Assembly (NCBI GenBank): GCA_963748815.1 | Contig: CAVVKJ010000001.1 | Location: forward strand, 1-22,618 | From: an uncultured Gemmatimonadales bacterium | Lineage (GTDB): Bacteria; Gemmatimonadota; Gemmatimonadetes; Gemmatimonadales; GWC2-71-9 | Length of the DNA: 22,618 bases | Reading direction: 5' to 3' | Translations under genes and position numbers: made by a program | Shown: positions 8,851 to 16,472 of the stretch, piece by piece | Numbering within the stretch: position 1 is the first letter of the stretch | Layout: each line of letters opens with the position of its first letter | The notes under the pieces: model-generated | Told to the model about the DNA's origin: nothing | What the model saw: only the letters and a program-made list of their open reading frames with translations | Databases searched by the model: none

Positions 8851-8897
8851 GAGTCGCGGCTGAAGCCGCGGCTCGGCTGGTGTCGCTGAAGCGAGGC
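8851..8897 (-). repeat. REP-like palindrome, family 3 (copy 2)
   Basis: Reverse complement matches 2706-2752; lies between convergent genes. Confidence 0.8.
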
Positions 8898-8907
8898 GTG
8901 TGTCCGG

Positions 8908-9123
8908 TCAGGCCGCCACTTCCACGAAAGTGGCGTACGAATGCGGAGACGGCACGGCCTGGCCGGCTGCACGGAGGCCGTCCAAATGAAATTCGATGGC
9001 CTCCTGCATGGCGCCCTCGACCGCTTGTCGGGTGGCGCCTGTCGCCACACAGCCCTCGACATCCGGCGAATATGCGGAAAATCCCGTTGCCGTCTGCTCT
9101 ACTACAATGAGGAGCTTCATCAT
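8908..9123 (-). CDS. hicB: HicB family antitoxin (short, no DNA-binding domain)
   Basis: IVVEQ...GFSAYSPDVEGCVATGAT......MQEAIEFHLDGL...G..VPSP; ATGA overlap with the hicA stop. Confidence 0.9.
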   Translation of the reverse strand: MMKLLIVVEQTATGFSAYSPDVEGCVATGATRQAVEGAMQEAIEFHLDGLRAAGQAVPSPHSYATFVEVAA

Positions 9124-9308
9124 TTCAGGCCTGCCTGCTTGAGGATGCTGTTCAACGTGCCCGGGGCCACGACATCGCCCGGCTTGCCAGCCACGGTGAC
9201 GAGTCCGGACTTGACTGGATGTGTGAACTGCTGGTGGCTCCCTCGGGTTCGCGCTAGGTACCATCCGTCGGCCACCAGGAGCTTCAGGAGGTCACGGATC
9301 TTGATCAT
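9120..9308 (-). CDS. hicA: HicA family toxin (mRNA interferase)
   Basis: KIRDLLKLL..DGW...RTRGSHQQF.HP.K.G.VTV.G......GTLNSILKQAGL; catalytic GSH intact. Confidence 0.93.
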   Translation of the reverse strand: MIKIRDLLKLLVADGWYLARTRGSHQQFTHPVKSGLVTVAGKPGDVVAPGTLNSILKQAGLK

Positions 9309-9457
9309 GGAAGGATGGGCCTCCAGCGCTGCGGTGGCAAGTGAACGAGGCCCAATCTCGCTGGGTACGAGTGGCCCCGCATCATCACCAACGCGCACTG
9401 CTGTCCCTGGGACCGTAGAGGGATGCGCCTGGACGAAGGCCCGGGTCCGGACTGTCG

Positions 9458-9521
9458 CTGCCGCCCTGCCCCGCAGCCTCCCTGCCCCGCAGCCTCCCTG
9501 CCCCAGCCTCCCTGCCCCGCT
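9458..9521 (+). repeat. Tandem 16-nt repeat (CAGCCTCCCTGCCCCG), family 4
   Basis: About four imperfect units directly abutting a family-2 palindrome. Confidence 0.8.
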
Positions 9522-9522
9522 G

Positions 9523-9571
9523 TCTCACCTCACCCCCTGTCCCCCTCTCCACCATGTGGAGAGGGGGGACG
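9523..9571 (+). repeat. REP-like palindrome, family 2
   Basis: TCTCACCTCACCCCCTGTCCCCCTCTCCAC-CAT-GTGGAGAGGGGGGACG; identical to 10685-10733. Confidence 0.88.
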
Positions 9572-9644
9572 CCGAGCAGGCTGCATCTCACAATGGGTTG
9601 CGATCGGACGTCGCTTTCCTATAGTCAAAGGGAAGGAGGCGACG

Positions 9645-10625
9645 ATGAAAGCCATTGTGCAGGATCGATACGGATCAGCCGAGACGCTGGAGTACCGGGA
9701 CATCAAGGAGCCTGAGGTGGGGCCCGGAGAGGTCCTCGTGCGGGTGCATGCCGCCGGCGTGGACCGAGGCGTCTGGCACCTCATGGCGGGACTGCCGTAC
9801 CTGGTGCGGATCATGGGATTCGGCCTGCGGAAGCCGAAACAGCGGGTGCCTGGGATGGATGTCGCCGGCGTGGTGGAGGCGGTCGGCCCCGGGGTGACCC
9901 GGTTTCAGGCGGGGGACGAGGTGTTCGGGGAGATTGGCGGCGCGTACGCCGAGTATGCCAGTGCGCCGGCGGAGAAGCTGGAGAAGAAGCCGGGCAACCT
10001 CAGGTTCGAGCAGGCGGCGGGGCTCGCCATCTCGGGACGCGCCGCCCTGCAGGCGGTACGCGACCACGGGAAGGTCCAGGGGGGTCAGGAGGTGCTCGTC
10101 ATCGGCGCTTCGGGGGGCGTGGGTAGCTTCGCGGTCCAGATTGCCAAGGCGTTCGGCGCGAGGGTCACGGGAGTCTGCAGCACCTCGAAAGTCGAGCTGG
10201 TCCGCTCCCTCGGCGCCGATCACGTCATCGACTACTCCCGCGAACGCATCGACGACGGCAAGCGGCGCTACGACGTCATCCTCGACATCGCCGGGAACCG
10301 TCCGCTGCGCCGGCTTCGCCGTGCGCTCTCGGCGGCAGGCACCCTGGTCATTGTGGGCGGGGAGCGGGGCGGACGCTGGCTGGGCGGAATGCACCGGAGC
10401 ATCGGCGCGGCGCTGCTCTCCCCGTGGGTCCCCCAGACCCTCAAGATGCAGATCACGGAGGATCGCGCCGAGGACCTTGGCGTGTTGAGGGAACTGGTGG
10501 AGACCGGATCGGTCGCCCCCGTCATCGACCGAAGCTTCCCGTTGCGGGATGCCGCCGAAGCGATCCGGTACCTGGTGGCGGGAAAGGCGCGGGGAAAGGT
10601 GGTGGTGACGGTGAGTCACGGCTGA
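9645..10625 (+). CDS. NAD(P)-dependent MDR oxidoreductase (quinone-reductase type, Zn-independent)
   Basis: GGAGG RBS; MKAIVQDRYGS, EVLVRVHAAGV, PGMDVAGVV (no GHE), GASGGVG, AVQIAK..GA.VTGVCS, GKVVV. Confidence 0.93.
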   Translation: MKAIVQDRYGSAETLEYRDIKEPEVGPGEVLVRVHAAGVDRGVWHLMAGLPYLVRIMGFGLRKPKQRVPGMDVAGVVEAVGPGVTRFQAGDEVFGEIGGAYAEYASAPAEKLEKKPGNLRFEQAAGLAISGRAALQAVRDHGKVQGGQEVLVIGASGGVGSFAVQIAKAFGARVTGVCSTSKVELVRSLGADHVIDYSRERIDDGKRRYDVILDIAGNRPLRRLRRALSAAGTLVIVGGERGGRWLGGMHRSIGAALLSPWVPQTLKMQITEDRAEDLGVLRELVETGSVAPVIDRSFPLRDAAEAIRYLVAGKARGKVVVTVSHG

Positions 10626-10733
10626 AGCCGCCCTGCATCCCTGCCCCGCAGCCGCCCTGCCCCGCTGTCTCACCTCACCCCCTGTCTCACCTCACCCCCT
10701 GTCCCCCTCTCCACCATGTGGAGAGGGGGGACG
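10626..10733 (+). repeat. Mosaic: family-4 units, a 17-nt duplication and a family-2 palindrome
   Basis: ccctgccccgcagccgccctgccccg, CTGTCTCACCTCACCCC twice, then the family-2 hairpin; between convergent genes. Confidence 0.85.
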
Positions 10734-10741
10734 CGATTACC

Positions 10742-11458
10742 CTAGATCAAGCCCAACGACTTGAGTCCTCCCGCATCCACTCGGCGCGGGCCGCCGTCGA
10801 GGCCATAGACCACGGCGCCCGCTTCCCCGATCAGTGACAGCGCCCCGCCTTCCACTCGGAGCGCGGTGCCCTCAGGCAGACCGACCACCGGCATGCCGGG
10901 ATTGGCGTGGACGAACTCGTTGAGCCGATCGACCCGGGTTTCGCCGCCGTGGTCGCCGAGGCGGGCCTCGGTGTAGTGGGCGTTGATCTGGAATGGGATC
11001 AGGCCGAGCGCCGACAGGCCTGGCGGCTCGACGATGGGCATGTCGTTGGTGGTGCGGATGGTGGGACAGGCCACGTTGGAGCCGGCACTCCACCCGATGT
11101 ACGGCATTCCGTCGCGAGCCGCGGAGCGGATGGCGCCGAGCAGGCCGGTGGCGTGCATTTGTGCGAGGAGCTGGAAGGTGTTGCCGCCACCGACCGCGAC
11201 GGCGTCGGCGTCGACCAGGGCGGCGACCGGGTCGTCAGGCTCATGGGCGCCCACCACCTCGTAACCGAGCGCGCGGAACACCTCGCGCACGGCCTCGGTG
11301 TACTCGTCCCAGGGCTTGGTGACGCCGGCGAACGGGACAAAGAACACCCGGCGTACGCCAGAGCCCAGGAATTCGCTGATGTGTGCGCGGGCCCAGGCGA
11401 GATAGCCCTGACCGGGGAGCATGGAGTTGCTGAGCAGCAGGAGGCGCGGGTCGGGCAC
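10742..11458 (-). CDS. pepE: Dipeptidase E (peptidase S51)
   Basis: GAGGA RBS before GTG 11458; LLLLSNS, VPFAGV, VGGGNTF.LL, YIGWSAGSNVACPTIRTTNDMPI, INAHY, GETR..RL.EF, GLPEG. Confidence 0.95.
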   Translation of the reverse strand: MPDPRLLLLSNSMLPGQGYLAWARAHISEFLGSGVRRVFFVPFAGVTKPWDEYTEAVREVFRALGYEVVGAHEPDDPVAALVDADAVAVGGGNTFQLLAQMHATGLLGAIRSAARDGMPYIGWSAGSNVACPTIRTTNDMPIVEPPGLSALGLIPFQINAHYTEARLGDHGGETRVDRLNEFVHANPGMPVVGLPEGTALRVEGGALSLIGEAGAVVYGLDGGPRRVDAGGLKSLGLI

Positions 11459-11577
11459 GGTGTCCTCGGTATTCCGGGTGGGGGCAGCGACTGAGGATAG
11501 CCTTTCAAGGCCCGGTGTGGGAAGGACGAGGCATGAGGAACTCTGTGTTGGCACCTCAATCTGTGCACGCCGGGAAC

Positions 11578-12106
11578 CTACCCGCCTGCTGGCCGTTGAA
11601 ATCCGATCTGTTTCGCTGGCTTGGCATTTTCGTGAAGGAGTGCGCGGATCGCATCAAACACAGCCTTGAACTGCTGGTCGTCCCGGGCCTCCATCGCATC
11701 GAGCTTCCGGGCCAACTCGGCGTGGGTCCCCAGTGCGACCCGCAGCTTCACAAAGGCCCGAACGACCTGCACACTCGTCTCCACGGCCACCTGGCTCTTG
11801 AGCACACTGGCCAGCATCACCGCGCCGTGCTCGGTGAAGGCCATAGGCACATGTCGACGCCCGCCCCACGCCCCACTTGAGGTCGCAATTTGCGACCTCA
11901 AGTCGGCGGCTTCCTCCGGCGTCAGTTGGAACGCAAAGCTCGCCCGGAAATCGTGCCCGGTTCCGCCTGACCTGCTCCTTGAGCCGCTTGGTGGTTACGG
12001 CGTAGAGTGCGGCCAGGTCGGAGTCCAGCATCACCCGGTGCCCTCGCACCTCCCGGATCAGGCTGGCTACTCCCTCGACCACCACCGGATTCTCACTCTC
12101 GGGCAT
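11578..12106 (-). pseudogene. ORF6N (KilA-N-related) DNA-binding protein, split by one extra base at about 11939
   Basis: The N-part IREVRGHRVMLDSDLAALY.V.TKRL.EQVRRN..RFP and the C-part LRSQIATS..GGRR..PMAFTEHGAVMLASVL.S..A...SVQVVRAFV join as RFPGDFAFQLTPEE when one base is removed. Confidence 0.88.
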
Positions 12107-12216
12107 CTCACCCCCGCCTCGCTCGGTGGGAATGAAGGATGGCTCGCCTGTTCAGGAACCCAGTCATCCAAATCCTGCGAGCTAGACCCCGCAATCGCGA
12201 GGGTGAGAGGAAGGAC

Positions 12217-12242
12217 TGGACCCACGCTTTCGCGGGGGTGAC
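12217..12242 (-). repeat. REP-like palindrome, family 1 (short form, inverted)
   Basis: Reverse complement GTCACCCCCGC-GAAA-GCGTGGGTCCA. Confidence 0.72.
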
Positions 12243-12250
12243 GGCCATGC

Positions 12251-12282
12251 AGAAAGCCCCACCGCAGAAGTCGCAGTGAGGC
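12251..12282 (-). terminator. Putative intrinsic terminator downstream of tRNA-Ala
   Basis: On the - strand: GCCTCACTGCG-ACTTC-TGCGGTGGGGC then TTTCT; stem has several G-U pairs and the U tract is short. Confidence 0.45.
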
Positions 12283-12295
12283 AGTGAGTTACAAG

Positions 12296-12368
12296 TGGAG
12301 CGGACCGGGATCGAACCGGTGACCCCCTGCTTGCAAAGCAGGTGCTCTCCCAACTGAGCTACCGCCCC
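12296..12368 (-). tRNA. tRNA-Ala (TGC); CCA not encoded
   Basis: GGGGCGGTAGCTCAGTTGGGAGAGCACCTGCTTTGCAAGCAGGGGGTCACCGGTTCGATCCCGGTCCGCTCCA; 73 nt, G3-U70 identity pair, anticodon TGC. Confidence 0.98.
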
Positions 12369-12380
12369 CGAACGCCCTTC

Positions 12381-12408
12381 AAGATAATGCCCTCCCGCAT
12401 CAAGCCAA
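12381..12408 (-). promoter_or_regulatory. Possible sigma70 promoter for the tRNA
   Basis: TTGGCT-16 nt-TATCTT, 12 nt upstream of the tRNA 5' end. Confidence 0.3.
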
Positions 12409-12443
12409 CCACCGGAACATCGATCAACTGCCGTTTCCGCAGC

Positions 12444-12728
12444 TCAGAGTCCCAACGCGGACTGCCGGGCGTGCACCACGGCCAAGACATCAAGACGCTC
12501 GGACGAACGCTGGTAGATCACCCGGTACGGACCCTCGAGGACTTCACGAATATCTGGCTGCCCAACCTCCGGGACCATTCGCCCGGAATCCGGAAAGGCG
12601 GCCAACTGCGGCGCACGGGCCAGAACACGCTGAATCATGCGCTCGGCGTAGAACGGAGACGTCTGGGAAATGTACTCTCGAATGGCACCCAGATGAGCGA
12701 GTGCAGTCGCCGTCCAACCGACTCTCAC
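12444..12728 (-). CDS. RelE/ParE family toxin
   Basis: V.WT..A..HL..IREYISQ.SP.YA.RM...L..FPDSGRMVPE....IREV....YRVIY.......VLAVVH; GTGA overlap with the upstream gene. Confidence 0.92.
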   Translation of the reverse strand: MRVGWTATALAHLGAIREYISQTSPFYAERMIQRVLARAPQLAAFPDSGRMVPEVGQPDIREVLEGPYRVIYQRSSERLDVLAVVHARQSALGL

Positions 12729-12916
12729 CGGCGCTGTCGGAGCTGAGCCAGCGCTTCCTCCTGAGAGACTACCCGGTCGGCTGCGACGTCCTCCAGCCCA
12801 GCCTCAACCGCCTGACGGACATAGACCTCGTACATGAGGTCATCCCACGACGCATCAAGGGGAAGCTGATCGACGAGTCGGTGGGCCTCATCCTTCAAAT
12901 TACGAGCGGGTTCCAT
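12725..12916 (-). CDS. Putative antitoxin cognate to the ParE-like toxin
   Basis: GGAGG RBS; K.EA.RLVDQLP.DASWDDLMYE.YVRQAVEAGL.D....RVVS.EE; 63 aa, acidic, coupled to the toxin. Confidence 0.85.
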   Translation of the reverse strand: MEPARNLKDEAHRLVDQLPLDASWDDLMYEVYVRQAVEAGLEDVAADRVVSQEEALAQLRQRR

Positions 12917-12945
12917 AGGACCTCCACTGGTTCGGCGCCCAAACG

Positions 12946-13155
12946 TCAACCCACAACTACAGTGTGGGTGCCGACATACTCGCCCTCGAGACGGGGCTCG
13001 CCATCCTGAAGCAGCAGCTCGATCACCTCGACCAGATTCCTGTGCAGTTCGTCCAGAGACTCGGCCTGGGTGTGCGCGCCCGGCCATCCCGGGATATACC
13101 CGACGAACAGGCGTGTCTCGGGATCACGCTCAACTACGGCGGTGTACGAGCGCAT
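12946..13155 (-). CDS. HicB-like (UPF0150) antitoxin, orphan
   Basis: GAGGA RBS; YTAVVERDPET.LFVGYIPG.PGAHTQAESLDEL..NL.EVIELLL. Confidence 0.88.
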   Translation of the reverse strand: MRSYTAVVERDPETRLFVGYIPGWPGAHTQAESLDELHRNLVEVIELLLQDGEPRLEGEYVGTHTVVVG

Positions 13156-13283
13156 GGCTATCCTCAAGTGTGGTGGCCCCTTAGAGGATAGTGGGATGGG
13201 AACCGGAGTGATAGCGACATTGCACCGCAAGGTATGCGCTCCGGGTCACACCACCGTTACCATTTGAGCGCCAACCATACCCC

Positions 13284-14306
13284 CTACATCACCAGCGGCG
13301 CCTTCGATACCTCCGCCCGCCCCACCGTCCCCTGGTCCGTGCCGAACCAGAGCAGCCCCGTCTTCGGGTCGAAATACATGTGCCGGATCGTGTTGTTCTC
13401 GGCCCGCCCCACCGCCGTGTTTGAAAAGAACTTCTTCGTCTCCGGATCAAACCCGACGAGGCGAGCGCCCGCCGTGCCGTTCTCGGTGACCCAGATCCGG
13501 TCCTTGTCGTCCAACCCCATCCCATACGGAAGCGACGCCGCCCCACCCGGCATCGGGAACTCCTGGACCTGCCCCGTCTTCGGGTCGAGACGGCCAAGGT
13601 ACCCTCGGCTGTAGTCCCCATACCAGACGACGTCATCGCTGGTCAGCACGATGCGACGCGGCCGAGTCCGTTCGTCAGGAAGCGTGTACAGCTTGATTTC
13701 CATCGTCGCCGGGTCGATGGTGCCGATCTGGTTGGTGCCGAAGAGGTCGAACCACGGCCTCCCCTTCGAATCGAGCTTGATCCCGTACGGCCGGGTCCGG
13801 TCGCCCGTCCGCGCCAGCCGGATCACGCCGGTCTTCGTGTTGAGGTGCCCGACGGCGTTCGACTGCTGCGCCGTGAACCAGATGTTCCCCTGGGCGTCGA
13901 AAATCAGCGTGTGCGGGTCGCGCACCGACGGGTCCGGCATCGGATAGCGGGTGATCTTGCGCGTGGCCGGGTCGAGCCTGCCGATCATCCCGTTCCGGTT
14001 CCCGGCATACCACACCTGGCCCTGGGCGTCGACGATCAGGTTGTGGGGATGGGTCCCGGAGTCGATCTCGAAGCGCGTGAACTGCCCCGTCTTCGGGTCG
14101 AGCCGTGCGATGTAGTTCCCCGCCTGGCCGGCGAAGAAGACACTGCCGTCCGGGGCGACATACGGGTCGCGGGGCCGCCCCTCGGCCCCCCACGGCACCT
14201 CCCACTCCTGCGCCGGCACCGGGGCACCCGCCTGGGCGGCGAGGTCGGCGACGGCCATCATGCCGCCGAGGGCGAGCGCGGTCGTCAGGGCGAGTCGGTG
14301 TGTCAT
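13284..14306 (-). CDS. Secreted Vgb (virginiamycin B lyase)-like beta-propeller
   Basis: Signal peptide; seven ~42-aa repeats of P.....D..G..W......N.IGRLDP.TG....F/Y. Confidence 0.88.
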   Translation of the reverse strand: MTHRLALTTALALGGMMAVADLAAQAGAPVPAQEWEVPWGAEGRPRDPYVAPDGSVFFAGQAGNYIARLDPKTGQFTRFEIDSGTHPHNLIVDAQGQVWYAGNRNGMIGRLDPATRKITRYPMPDPSVRDPHTLIFDAQGNIWFTAQQSNAVGHLNTKTGVIRLARTGDRTRPYGIKLDSKGRPWFDLFGTNQIGTIDPATMEIKLYTLPDERTRPRRIVLTSDDVVWYGDYSRGYLGRLDPKTGQVQEFPMPGGAASLPYGMGLDDKDRIWVTENGTAGARLVGFDPETKKFFSNTAVGRAENNTIRHMYFDPKTGLLWFGTDQGTVGRAEVSKAPLVM

Positions 14307-14901
14307 GGGGCATTCTCGCTCAGGTTCGAGTCATACGCGTAGCCGATTGGCTCCCCGCCGATCACCACCCGATACCACCCGCCGACCAGGGAATCGACCA
14401 GGATGGCCTCCCCCGGGTTGAGCACCCGGACAGGGGCGGCGTCTGGGCCTCCGGCGGGCCCGAACGTTGACCCAGGTCGCTGGCATAGCGTCGGAGTTGT
14501 TCGCCCGTGGGTGCCGGCGGTGGGGGCGGCGGTGCGGCCCGGGGTGGAGCGGCGGCTGGCGGGGGAGTCCTGTCGACCGCGGAGTCCGCTGCCGGGGCGA
14601 GCGGCTGAACAGGGCTGGACGGGGTGACGACGGGCGCGGAAGGCGCGGGCTGGCTCTCGGCCGGATCCAGGACAGCCAGAGCCGGACTCGGTGGAGCCGC
14701 TCGCGGCTCGGTCTGGCTTCGGGCCAGTACAATCACAACCACCAGCACCACCAATGCCCCAGCCATGAGCAGGCGCCGCGGGAGCGGGTTGATCTCCGCC
14801 GGGGGGATGATGCCCGGACCGAAGATCAGGCCACAGTGCGGGCACCGGCTCGCCACACGCAGGGCGGTCTTGCCGCAGGAGGGGCACTCGACATAGGGCA
14901 T
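14303..14901 (-). pseudogene. Zn-ribbon + TM + Pro-rich linker + SH3b protein, interrupted by two extra bases (about 14480 and 14457)
   Basis: CPSCG..CPHCG, TM, Pro-rich; RRYA | TWVNVRA | GPDAAPVRVLNPGE...V......WYRV......GY fall in three consecutive frames; the last frame ends in an ATGA overlap with the Vgb-like gene. Confidence 0.8.
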
Positions 14902-14984
14902 GGTGATCGGAATATCGATGGGGGGCGGGGCCGGGGCAAGAAATGAACGGGAAGACGACTCGCCCCGCCCCGCCTGCCCTCTGG

Positions 14985-15225
14985 TCACCCCCTCCATTTC
15001 GAGAGCGTCACCCGGGCCGTCCCCTGATCCTTGAGCGTGAGGATCGAGGCGTCCATCAGTTCCTGGGTCGGGACCTCCTCCCGGGCCAGTTGCGCCGCCG
15101 CAGCCGCCGGAACGTAAAGCGTGAACTCTTGCCGCTCTACCGGAGGTGGCGAGGCGTACAGCGGACGGGAGACACAATTCCTCGATCGCGCGTGCTGGGC
15201 AGTTGTCGCTGATGAACAAATCCAC
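14985..15225 (-). pseudogene. Possible small gene or gene remnant, frameshifted near 15172
   Basis: GC3-rich frame VSRPLYASPPPVERQEFTLYV...LSKWRG* with no upstream start in frame; coding-like codons continue upstream in the adjacent frame. Confidence 0.3.
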
Positions 15226-15252
15226 CCGACGCCCGCTGATCAGATCCTCCTA

Positions 15253-16425
15253 CTACGGTGCCGGCACCGGCACACGTTGCTGGAGCCGCTGCATGACTCG
15301 ATGGAAGGCCGACACAACGCGGGTCGGATCAGCCAGGAGTGAGTCTCTCGGCACGACGAACAGCTGTCCATTGACAACCTTGCTGGTCAGCTGAATACCG
15401 GCCGAGCCCGCGTACACCTCCCGGCCGCTCAAGCTCTCGACGTAGATCCGGAGGTTCAGCGCCGGGAGCCTTCCCTCGTGCGTGCCCAGAAATGCAGCGC
15501 CGACTCCACCCTCGGCACCTGTGGATTCGGTCGTACCCAGCCAACTCGCCCGCGAACCATAAAACGACACCAGGTCAACCCTGAGGGAGGGGATGAGCAG
15601 ATAATCCGCGCCGAATTGAGCCCGCAGCAGCTCGAGCAGGATACGGAAGACCGCGGCCAATTTCGTCGGGTCCTGATCACCGGTAACCGGGTCGAAGATC
15701 CCCCCGACCGAATCAGTCGCAATCCGGCGCAGGGCATCCGTCGTGTCCGGCTCGATGATCTGGTACCCGGCACCTCTCAGTTGCGCCGCAAGCAGCGAAT
15801 CGACGTACCACCTCCGAACAGGAGTCACAAGCTCTTCGGGCGCAGAGAACGACTGAACCGCGATCCTGGGTGCACGTCCCTCGGCGGCAATTCGGACCGA
15901 AGGGTCGTTTGGATCAAGCTCGGCAAGCTCCTCGACGGTGGCCTCACCCTTGAGGCGGCGTCCGTCAGGCGTCTCCCCGATATAGTACCAGAGCGCCCTC
16001 CCCGTCCGCAGGGAGTCGCGACTGGTCCAATTCAGCGAGTCGACACATGCGGAGCCCGGAACCACGAGCGCCCCTGGGCAGCCATACCACTCGGCCTGAC
16101 GCTTGGGCACGAGTGGCTTTTCGCTGCCGGCACTGAACTCCCACTTGCCATCCACCATCCCGAACACCCCCCACTCCGTGATCTGGACGGTGTCCGGTCC
16201 TGCTGTCGAGACCGACGTGAGATAGGTCCAAGTAAAGGGCCATCCGCGTCGTCCGCCCCGCATGGCTGCCGCACGGCTTGGCGTGTGGACCACGACGAGG
16301 CCCGTAGGGATGGAGGCGAGCTCCTTGAGCTTCGCCTTGGTCGGTCGATCTTGACCCGCCATGGGGACAGCTGCAACAAGCGCGACGATTGCGGCGGGGA
16401 TCGCGCGTCGAACGGTCAACCGCAT
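15253..16425 (-). CDS. Secreted two-domain hypothetical protein
   Basis: GGAGG RBS before ATG 16425; signal peptide; the C-terminal domain is homologous to 16473-17100. Confidence 0.85.
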   Translation of the reverse strand: MRLTVRRAIPAAIVALVAAVPMAGQDRPTKAKLKELASIPTGLVVVHTPSRAAAMRGGRRGWPFTWTYLTSVSTAGPDTVQITEWGVFGMVDGKWEFSAGSEKPLVPKRQAEWYGCPGALVVPGSACVDSLNWTSRDSLRTGRALWYYIGETPDGRRLKGEATVEELAELDPNDPSVRIAAEGRAPRIAVQSFSAPEELVTPVRRWYVDSLLAAQLRGAGYQIIEPDTTDALRRIATDSVGGIFDPVTGDQDPTKLAAVFRILLELLRAQFGADYLLIPSLRVDLVSFYGSRASWLGTTESTGAEGGVGAAFLGTHEGRLPALNLRIYVESLSGREVYAGSAGIQLTSKVVNGQLFVVPRDSLLADPTRVVSAFHRVMQRLQQRVPVPAP

Positions 16426-16472
16426 GGGACCTCCTGGCAGGTGCACCACCGTCACACGGAGGATCGATTCAC

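Noticed and set aside
7305..10733. CRISPR array interpretation of the repeated palindromes
   Set aside because: Copies are separated by whole genes rather than 30-40-nt unique spacers; no cas genes
6402..13155. Integron cassette array (short genes, TA modules, hairpins)
   Set aside because: I found no RYYYAAC/GTTRRRY attC boundaries, gene orientations are mixed, and there is no integrase
11578..13155. Prophage or integrative element at tRNA-Ala
   Set aside because: No integrase or structural genes, and no att duplication visible in the window
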